NCBI GenBank assembly: GCA_944326565.1
Contig: CALVEL010000008.1
Span: 2,003 to 66,002, forward strand
Origin: Candidatus Gastranaerophilales bacterium
Lineage (GTDB): Bacteria > Cyanobacteriota > Vampirovibrionia > Gastranaerophilales > Gastranaerophilaceae
Length of the DNA: 64,000 nucleotides
Reading direction: 5' to 3'
Shown here one piece after another: positions 56,249-63,863 of this stretch. Both the position numbers and the translations under genes were made by a program. Position 1 is the stretch's first letter. Each line of letters begins with the position of its first letter. The notes below the pieces were generated by a model, which saw nothing but the letters and a program-made list of their open reading frames with translations, was not told where the DNA came from and did no database searches.

Positions 56249-58297
56249 ATGAACAATTTAGATAAGAAAATTACAGAAACATTTGAAGGTTGTGTTGTAA
56301 GGAAAGACTTAGTAAAAGAAGTTAAAGGGAATGCTATTGTTCCTTCATACGTCTTAGAATATTTACTTGGACAATATTGTGCATCAAGTGATGAAGATGT
56401 AATTAAATCAGGAATTGAATCAGTAAAAGAAATTCTAGCAAAACACTATGTTAATAGAAACGAAGCAGAATATATTAAATCTACTATTAAAGAAAAAGGA
56501 CGCTACAAAGTAATTGATAAGGTAAGTGTTCAATTTAATGAAAAAACAGATTCTTATATTGCTACATTTTCAAATCTAGGAATAACAGGGATTAATGTCC
56601 CATCTGAAATAGCTTATAAAAAGTATCCAAGATTATTGGTTTCAGGAATTTGGTGTCTAGCAGACCTTGAATATCAATATACTGAAGATAAAAAGGCTTG
56701 CCCTTGGTTGTTGCAGAACATCAAGCCTATTCAGCTTGCACAGTTTGATTTTGAAGATTTTAAAGCTAAAAGAGCAATGTTTTCTACTGATGAATGGATT
56801 GATTTACTTATGCAAAGCATAGGTTTTAATCCAGAAATGCTAAGCAGAAGAAAGAAATTATTACAGCTTGTTAGACTTATTCCATACTGTGAAAGAAATT
56901 ATAATTTTATAGAACTTGGACCTAAAGGAACTGGTAAGAGTCACATATACACAGAATTTTCACCTCATGGAACTTTGATTTCTGGGGGCGAAGTTTCTGC
57001 TGCAAAATTATTTGTGAATAATTCAAGAAAACATGATATTGGTTTAGTTGGGTACTGGGATAATATTGCATTTGATGAGTTTGCAGGTAGCTCAAAGAAA
57101 GTTGATAAAGCTCTTGTTGATATAATGAAAGGTTATATGGCTAACAAGTCATTCTCTAGAGGCGTTGAAACACTAACGGCAGAAGCATCAATGACATTTA
57201 TTGGTAATACAAAGCACAATGTTCCTTATATGTTAAAACATTCTAATTTGTTTGAAGAATTACCTCCTCAATATTTAGATTCAGCATTTCTTGATAGAAT
57301 TCATTTCTATTTACCGGGATGGGAAGTTGATGTTACAAGACCAGAATTATTTACTACAAACTACGGTTTTGTTGTGGATTATTATTCAGAAGCTTTAAAA
57401 TGTCTAAGAAATTATGATTTTTCTAATGAATACAAGAAAGAATTTACTCTAGGAAATATTTCAGAACGTGATAGAACAGGTGTTATGAAGACATTCTCAG
57501 GGCTTATGAAGATTATTTATCCTGATAAAAAAGCTTCAACTGAAGAATTAGAAGAATTACTTAAATTTGCAATGGAAGGAAGAAAAAGGGTTAAAGACCA
57601 GATTTTAAGAATAGACTCGACTCTTCCACAAGTAGATTTTTCATATACAAGTAATTCTGGAGTCGAAGTTAAAGTAAAAACAACTGAAGAAATTCAATAT
57701 AAAGGATTATATAATGGAGAAATGGAAGACTCCGAAGACGAAGTTATGATAAGTTCTCCAGAAGTTGTTGAAGTAATAAATGATAGTTCTAAAGAAACTG
57801 CAACTAATGAAGAAGAAATTAAAGAACATCATTTTGTAATTGAAGAAAATCAAATTGGGGTTACGTTTGAAAAGCTGTTTGGAAGATTATTTAAAGGGGT
57901 AAAAAATATTGTTATTACTGACCCTTATATAAGAAATTTCTACCAAACTGTAAACTTAATGGAATTATTAGAAGTTGTAGATAAAGCGAAATCTGAAACA
58001 GATATTGTTACTGTTGAATTAATAACTTCTGCTGATGAATTTAATGAACAAATACAGCGTGAAAACTTAAATACCATAAGAGAATCTTGCTTACAAATGG
58101 GTATTGAATTTAGTTATCAATTCGATTCAAGTATTCATGCAAGAAGTATTGTTACTGATACTGGATGGAAAGTTTTATTAGATAGAGGACTTGATATATT
58201 CCAAAATTGTGAAAGAAAAGATGCATTTCAATTCACAACAAGATTACAAAAGTACAGACCTTGTAAAAAATTTGAGATAACATATTTGAGAACATAA
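56249..58297 (+). CDS. brxL: BrxL-type ATPase with a non-canonical C-terminal MIT_C/PLD-like domain
   Basis: The N-terminus FEGCVVRKDLVKEVKGNAIVPSYVLEYLLGQYCASSDEDVIKSG and P-loop LGPKGTGKSHIY match recalled BrxL. After an acidic linker, residues ~531-682 resemble the MITD1 C-terminal domain. I see no Lon S16-type GPSAG region. Confidence 0.8.
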   Translation: MNNLDKKITETFEGCVVRKDLVKEVKGNAIVPSYVLEYLLGQYCASSDEDVIKSGIESVKEILAKHYVNRNEAEYIKSTIKEKGRYKVIDKVSVQFNEKTDSYIATFSNLGITGINVPSEIAYKKYPRLLVSGIWCLADLEYQYTEDKKACPWLLQNIKPIQLAQFDFEDFKAKRAMFSTDEWIDLLMQSIGFNPEMLSRRKKLLQLVRLIPYCERNYNFIELGPKGTGKSHIYTEFSPHGTLISGGEVSAAKLFVNNSRKHDIGLVGYWDNIAFDEFAGSSKKVDKALVDIMKGYMANKSFSRGVETLTAEASMTFIGNTKHNVPYMLKHSNLFEELPPQYLDSAFLDRIHFYLPGWEVDVTRPELFTTNYGFVVDYYSEALKCLRNYDFSNEYKKEFTLGNISERDRTGVMKTFSGLMKIIYPDKKASTEELEELLKFAMEGRKRVKDQILRIDSTLPQVDFSYTSNSGVEVKVKTTEEIQYKGLYNGEMEDSEDEVMISSPEVVEVINDSSKETATNEEEIKEHHFVIEENQIGVTFEKLFGRLFKGVKNIVITDPYIRNFYQTVNLMELLEVVDKAKSETDIVTVELITSADEFNEQIQRENLNTIRESCLQMGIEFSYQFDSSIHARSIVTDTGWKVLLDRGLDIFQNCERKDAFQFTTRLQKYRPCKKFEITYLRT

Positions 58298-58303
58298 ATA
58301 TTT

Positions 58304-58984
58304 ATGGATACAAAAGAAGCATCAAAAAAATTTCAGAATGGGAATTGGCAAGATAACGCTATTTTGTCTAATGGATATTATAGTTGGGATATGATGGCGG
58401 ACGGTTATTTTAATGCTGCTAATATCTTAGTGGGAAGTACAATTTGCCCTGAGTTTATCAATGAGAAATATTTGTGTTGTAAAAATAAAGAAATTGGAGA
58501 ACCTTTATTTTCAACATGTAAAAACACCTTTATTTTTCCCATATTTTTCTTATATAGACATTATATTGAATTATCAATAAAAAAAGCTTACATAAGAATC
58601 AAGAAATGTAAGCTTGAAAATTCTAAAATTAAAGCTGAACATTCTCTAAGAATTTTGTTTAAAAATTTAAAAGACAATTATATGAATATGTATAATAGCA
58701 ATACGTATCAAATGTATAAAAATTTAGAATTTAAACAATTACGACGTAAGTTTCAGGAAATAGAACAGATTATACTTGAGTTCGATGCTATAGATAGTAC
58801 ATCTTTTAATTTTAGATATCCTATAGATAATAATGGTTGTCTTATCTTTAACAACAATGAAATAATTAATATAGAGAATCTAGCCGAAAAGATGCAGAAA
58901 ATTAGAGTTTTCTTTCAATACCTAGATATTGCTTTAGATGAAATTGAAGAAGTAAAAAATATTATACTAGATTATATTGAATAA
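58304..58984 (+). CDS. HEPN-like helical protein coupled to the end of the BREX operon
   Basis: Starts 6 nt after the brxL stop. FFLYRHYIELSIKKAYI...AEHSLRILFKNL...SFNFRYPID follows the classical HEPN layout (xxxxE..lK ... H.L..L ... RYP) as I recall it. There is no His 4-6 residues after the Arg. Confidence 0.45.
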   Translation: MDTKEASKKFQNGNWQDNAILSNGYYSWDMMADGYFNAANILVGSTICPEFINEKYLCCKNKEIGEPLFSTCKNTFIFPIFFLYRHYIELSIKKAYIRIKKCKLENSKIKAEHSLRILFKNLKDNYMNMYNSNTYQMYKNLEFKQLRRKFQEIEQIILEFDAIDSTSFNFRYPIDNNGCLIFNNNEIINIENLAEKMQKIRVFFQYLDIALDEIEEVKNIILDYIE

Positions 58985-59083
58985 ACAGATAAATTATTTA
59001 AATATAGTTAATAATATATTATATCTAAACTTGATGTTATCTAACTTTTGAGTGATGAATACGACACCTTAAAAGGAGGTCGT

Positions 59084-59308
59084 ATGAGTAACAGCAAGAA
59101 ATACAAGATTAAACAAAAAGATTTTAGGAAGTTAGAAAAATTAGCTGAGCGGATTTATAATATTGTCACTGTAATTGATTATTTTTGCAGGACACAACAA
59201 GAAATTGAAGAGCTGTATAATCTTACCCCAATTGTTGAATATTTAAGGAGAGATACTGATACGGTCAACGCATATTTTATAAATTATCCTGACAGTAAGA
59301 ATTTTTAA
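59084..59308 (+). CDS. small hypothetical protein (74 aa)
   Basis: ATG at 59084 has a strong RBS AAGGAGG. No motif recognised. Its last codons overlap the right inverted-repeat arm. Confidence 0.5.
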   Translation: MSNSKKYKIKQKDFRKLEKLAERIYNIVTVIDYFCRTQQEIEELYNLTPIVEYLRRDTDTVNAYFINYPDSKNF

Positions 59309-59357
59309 ATGGTATTTAATTCCTGTTTAAATACCGTTCAAAAAGTGTTCAAAAATT
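59301..59357. repeat. right arm of the imperfect inverted repeat bracketing the recombinase-BREX segment
   Basis: In reverse complement it reads AATTTTTGAACACTTTTTGAACGGTATTTAAACAGGAATTAAATACCATTTAAAAAT. Box order and phasing are the same as in the left arm, while the spacers between the TTAAA boxes have diverged. Confidence 0.8.
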
Positions 59358-59455
59358 GATTGTGTCTGAATGATACGTTTTGAAAGAGTTTGCTTGATAT
59401 TTTACTCATTAAGAGTAATGAATGTCATTGCTATAAATGAATATAAGGGGTAGCA

Positions 59456-59671
59456 ATGATTGAATTAGGCAAAAAATACAAACTTAAAAAGATTAAAGGC
59501 TTTGAAAACTCTGATAATGAGTATTACAAAGTAATTGGATTCTACACCTTCGACACCGTAATTTGCGAAAACGCTTGCAGAGAAAGATTTGTATTTATGA
59601 AAGAGTTTTTAATAGACCCACAAAAGCCTGATGATATCTATTCAGATTTAATACTTGAAAGGAATAAATAA
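59456..59671 (+). CDS. small hypothetical protein (71 aa)
   Basis: RBS AAGGGG. Its stop overlaps the next start (TAATG). Confidence 0.45.
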   Translation: MIELGKKYKLKKIKGFENSDNEYYKVIGFYTFDTVICENACRERFVFMKEFLIDPQKPDDIYSDLILERNK

Positions 59672-59880
59672 TGACAGAAAAAGATTATCACTTATACGGA
59701 ACAAAGGTTTTAAACTTAAAGACTCAAGAAATCGGCTTACTGATTTGTATTTGGAAAAATAAGTTTGCCGATGCTGAGGTAGATTACGCTACTTGCGTAG
59801 ATAAACAAGGCAAAAGGTACAATATAGAGCTTGATAGTATAAGAGGGTTTGAAGATGATTTTTTCAAAGCCAATAGTTGA
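59671..59880 (+). CDS. small hypothetical protein (69 aa)
   Basis: Translationally coupled to the previous ORF. No motif recognised. Confidence 0.45.
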   Translation: MTEKDYHLYGTKVLNLKTQEIGLLICIWKNKFADAEVDYATCVDKQGKRYNIELDSIRGFEDDFFKANS

Positions 59881-59965
59881 ACATATGGTAAAACTTGTGA
59901 GCCTGTAACTGAAATGGAACATAGCGAAATAAGTGTGAAAAATAAACTGGTTTAAAGACTACTAT

Positions 59966-62548
59966 TTAGTATAGTATATTATCTATTGTTTTTATTAAAA
60001 TTTCTTTCTCGTTGCTACCATTGGTTTTAAATCTTAACAAAGGAATTCCATATTTTTTAAGAATTTCATTTTTTAAAATGTCTCTTTGGGCTTGTTTGGT
60101 TCCTTCAGAATGGTATTTATAGCCATCTACTTCTATTGCTAAAAATGGAGAATTATCAATATTTTTATAAATAAGAAAGTCAATATGAGTTAAGTCATTA
60201 AGTACATACTGTAGTTCTCTGTTAGTAGTTAATAAAGACTTATCTTTTAAAATAGTTTTTAACATTACATGTGGAGTTACACTAAATTGATTTGGATAAT
60301 ACTTATTAATAATTTTATTGATAAAAATATACATTAAGTTTTCACTATCGTATTGCGATATTTTTTTATGTTTTTTTAAAATTTCTTGTTTTCTCTGTTC
60401 ATAACATTTATAAAGATAATCAAATACTGAATATAATTTACTGTCATAAATTTCTAAATTATTATATTTGATGTAATTTACAAGATCATTTATATTTTTA
60501 TCCTTACTCATTTCATTAGGATTAATGACTAGGATTAATTGTTCAATAGCTCTTGATATTGCAACATTAAGACGATTAGGATTATCTGTAAAATCACTTA
60601 TTTCATTATCTACGGTAGAAATAATTATAACCTTATTTTCTTGCCCTTGAAACTTATCTACAGTATCAGCCTTAACGGTAGTGTTTTTAAAAGTTTTCTG
60701 TAATGCCTCAGTTTGATTCCGATATGGTGTTACAATACCCAAGGAATTATCATCAAGGCATATATTATATTTAGGAATAATTTCATTTACAATCATGTCT
60801 ATTTGTCTTTGGTTATAATGATTACGAGCATGATTACCTTCAGTTGTATAACACAAAACTAAAGGCATTCTGCTACTTTTTATATCACTTAAAATAATTA
60901 ATTCATTGTTATAAAATTTCTTATTACAAAATTCAATAATTTTAGGATGACAACGATAATGCTCTTTTAATAGTGTTTTAGGTGCATTTTTAAATAATTC
61001 TGTAATAGAGGATAACAAACAGTGATTTTTATATCGATATGCTTCATTTAATTGATATTGTTTAAAAATGTTCTCTGTTATTTCTGCCGTTTTATTATTA
61101 ACGACATTAGGTAGTTGTTTTAAATCCCCTACAATAATAGCTTTTCTTGCACAAGCTAATGCTAATGCGCCAGTACATAAGTCAACTTGAGATGCCTCAT
61201 CAATAATAATGTAATCATATATAACATCGTTTGATAGACAATTTTTTAAAGAGTAGGTTGTACTTAATATTACAGGATAATCATCTATAAATGAATCAGA
61301 TTTTTGCTTTAAATCTTCTAATTTATACTTCTCTCTAATAAGATTGCAGTATTTTTCATTTAAATAATGTTTAAACATTTTTGCCGAAAGTTCTGAATAA
61401 GCCTTCATTTTTGACGCAAAATCATAGTTTAATAAATTATCATTAAGTTTTTTAATCTCAGAATTTAATTCTTGTGTCTTTAATTCATAAAATTTTCGTT
61501 GAAATTGAGCTTTTAAAAAATCTAAAGTGTATTTCTTTTTCCTAATTAAGTTATGTAATGTTAGTCGTTTTCTATTCCAAAACTTTAAATATTCTAAAAT
61601 AATTAAAAGAATTTTTATTACAATATTATCGTGAGAAATCTCTTCATAATTTTCACATGCAAAAATCATATCTAACATTTCTAATGATGATTTAGCATTT
61701 CTTATACATCTAGGCTCTTGTTTTACTTCAAGAGTTTTATAATACTCTATAAAATGTTTTTGCTCTAATTCTGCATTGGAAAATTCTTGCTTTAATAAGG
61801 CTAATTTGTTTTGTATATCTAATTTTTCTTGTAATTCTTTATAATCATATTTTAATTTATTGTTTAATTCAGTAATTTGTTCCGCGTTTATTTTCCAGTT
61901 TGAAATATTAGGTATTTCCGATTGCGATTTAATAAATTCTTGTTTATTTTCCAGATTTCCTAAAAATGCAGCAATAAAATCAACATCATATTTTTTTAGT
62001 TTATCTAGTACATTTTTAGTCGCAGAGTTATTACTTGAAACAACTGCAACACTTTGTCTTCGCATAACAATATTAGCAATAATATTCAAAATAGTTTGAG
62101 TTTTTCCAGTCCCTGGAGGGCCTTGGATTATGCTTAGTTCATTTGACAATGCTCTTTCAACAGCTAAAGCTTGACTATTATTGAATCCAAATGGATAAAT
62201 AATATTTTGTACATATTTGTCAACTTGATTTGTAAGCTTATTGCTTATATATTTGCCTAACATACTATTTATATCAATAAAATCTATTTTGTTATAGTTG
62301 GATAACAAAATATTCTCACCATTTTGAGTTAAACCAATAGCACTAGCAATGTCTTTTAAATATTCAAAACAGGATTTTGTTTTTTCATCTTTTAATGCAG
62401 ATTCTATTATTTTAACGTTGTAATCAGCATATGTATACTGTTTACCATTATTAAATATAACGTGATAACTTTTCCCAACTTTTTGGTATTTTATTACCTT
62501 ATTTGTACATTCTTCACCTTTTAAAAATATTCGAAAATTCTTTGTCAT
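59966..62548 (-). CDS. SF1 (Upf1/DNA2-like) helicase fused to a C-terminal Vsr/DUF559/DUF2726-type endonuclease domain
   Basis: Motif I IIQGPPGTGKTQT, motif II IIIDEASQV, and late motifs VDKFQGQENKVIIISTV. C-terminus IDFLIYKNIDNSPFLAIEVDGYKYH...RDILKNEILKKYGIPLLRF. Confidence 0.8.
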   Translation of the reverse strand: MTKNFRIFLKGEECTNKVIKYQKVGKSYHVIFNNGKQYTYADYNVKIIESALKDEKTKSCFEYLKDIASAIGLTQNGENILLSNYNKIDFIDINSMLGKYISNKLTNQVDKYVQNIIYPFGFNNSQALAVERALSNELSIIQGPPGTGKTQTILNIIANIVMRRQSVAVVSSNNSATKNVLDKLKKYDVDFIAAFLGNLENKQEFIKSQSEIPNISNWKINAEQITELNNKLKYDYKELQEKLDIQNKLALLKQEFSNAELEQKHFIEYYKTLEVKQEPRCIRNAKSSLEMLDMIFACENYEEISHDNIVIKILLIILEYLKFWNRKRLTLHNLIRKKKYTLDFLKAQFQRKFYELKTQELNSEIKKLNDNLLNYDFASKMKAYSELSAKMFKHYLNEKYCNLIREKYKLEDLKQKSDSFIDDYPVILSTTYSLKNCLSNDVIYDYIIIDEASQVDLCTGALALACARKAIIVGDLKQLPNVVNNKTAEITENIFKQYQLNEAYRYKNHCLLSSITELFKNAPKTLLKEHYRCHPKIIEFCNKKFYNNELIILSDIKSSRMPLVLCYTTEGNHARNHYNQRQIDMIVNEIIPKYNICLDDNSLGIVTPYRNQTEALQKTFKNTTVKADTVDKFQGQENKVIIISTVDNEISDFTDNPNRLNVAISRAIEQLILVINPNEMSKDKNINDLVNYIKYNNLEIYDSKLYSVFDYLYKCYEQRKQEILKKHKKISQYDSENLMYIFINKIINKYYPNQFSVTPHVMLKTILKDKSLLTTNRELQYVLNDLTHIDFLIYKNIDNSPFLAIEVDGYKYHSEGTKQAQRDILKNEILKKYGIPLLRFKTNGSNEKEILIKTIDNILY

Positions 62549-62615
62549 AGAAATTATATTAGCATAAAATTTATATAAAACTTTTAGACTGAGGATTTTT
62601 AATAAACAATCATAT

Positions 62616-63863
62616 TTAATTACCTATTATACTTTTAAGTTTGCTAATTATTGAATTTTGTACCTCTTTGTCTTTCAAGTCATTGTTCTTTAAATTAACC
62701 GTACAAAAATCTATGTGATAATTATTTTCAGCACAGTTCAATTGGTAATCACATATATCCGGCGCTTTTTTATCATATTGAGGGTACAGCAATATTGCAC
62801 GTTTATAGTTATGTAATAGGCAATATGTTGTCACTTGATAAATATCCGCACTTGAAATATCGTCAAAATTCGTGAATTTTTTATATTTTGTATCTATTAT
62901 AATTTGTGGGTGTTGTATAAGAATATCAACTTTAGTATCTCGTTTTGTTTCTTGAGTTGAGCGTAAAAGACGTTTTGTCTTTTGAGCAATTGGTGAACAC
63001 TCAGGAATTTTTCTTTTTATTAATTCAAAAATAAATTCTTCAAATAATTTGTTCATATCCCAAACAAGTGTAATATTTTCAAATTTATTTTTAGATAAAT
63101 CAACACTTGTCTGTTCTACAAACATTTTTGCAAGTTTGAATGGCTTTTTGAAAAGTTCTTGATTTCTTGTCGGTTTAATTTTCCTGACTTTAAATTTATC
63201 AAATCTGACAAAGGAAATGTCAGAATAATAATTAATAATAAATTTTAGAGTTTTTTTATTGTAGCTGTTGTTAGAAATATTATACAAGCAGGTTGAAACA
63301 AATAAAAATAGTTGATTTAGAAGATTGTTTTCAGAAAATTCATCATACTCACAATAAAATTTTGCTTGGTTTGTACAGTTATAACGTATGTTTTCGCTAA
63401 ATTTTATCTTACCTTTTAAGTAATTCAAATTTTCTTCTTCTCTAACATATCTTTTAGGAGTTAAGCGTTTCAAAGATTCAAATAAAGAGTTTGCAAATTC
63501 TCTAATCAAAATTTCTATGAATGGATTTTTTTCAGTTGCTAATTTCGCGTTATCATTTGTCTTGATATCAAGATTTTTTGTGTAAGAAAGCATATAACTT
63601 AGATTTTTTAGAATTATGCTTCGTTCAGCTTCTGAAATTTCACCATCATTATTTGCATCTGCAGAAATAAGTTTTGGCAGAATTTCTAAATGTAAGTTTT
63701 TATATTTAATAACGCCTACCCAAGATTTGGTTTTTATACCATGTCTTGTAACTTTTAGAGCTGAATCTAAGTTCTGGCATTTCAAATAAGCCTGCAATTT
63801 ATCTAAATAGCGGTCTTCAATTTTAAATTCCGAGTATTCTTTGATAACAATAGATTCTCGCAT
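62616..63863 (-). CDS. McrC-like PD-(D/E)xK nuclease subunit of a McrBC-type restriction system
   Basis: C-terminal region LFEEFIFELIKRK...KVDILIQHPQIIIDTKYKKF...SADIYQVTTYC...AILLYPQ matches the recalled McrC core (pDi.i....iiDtKYK....D.yQ...Y....LiYP). Confidence 0.75.
   Translation of the reverse strand: MRESIVIKEYSEFKIEDRYLDKLQAYLKCQNLDSALKVTRHGIKTKSWVGVIKYKNLHLEILPKLISADANNDGEISEAERSIILKNLSYMLSYTKNLDIKTNDNAKLATEKNPFIEILIREFANSLFESLKRLTPKRYVREEENLNYLKGKIKFSENIRYNCTNQAKFYCEYDEFSENNLLNQLFLFVSTCLYNISNNSYNKKTLKFIINYYSDISFVRFDKFKVRKIKPTRNQELFKKPFKLAKMFVEQTSVDLSKNKFENITLVWDMNKLFEEFIFELIKRKIPECSPIAQKTKRLLRSTQETKRDTKVDILIQHPQIIIDTKYKKFTNFDDISSADIYQVTTYCLLHNYKRAILLYPQYDKKAPDICDYQLNCAENNYHIDFCTVNLKNNDLKDKEVQNSIISKLKSIIGN

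Larger units (their letters stand above)
43264..59364. mobile_element. candidate inverted-repeat-bounded cargo segment (recombinase + two small genes + BREX + HEPN-like ORFs + 74-aa ORF)
   Basis: Inverted-repeat arms at both ends, a tyrosine recombinase next to the left arm, and TCTGAA immediately outside both arms (43258-43263 and 59365-59370). Mobility or invertibility is inferred, not shown. Confidence 0.35.
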
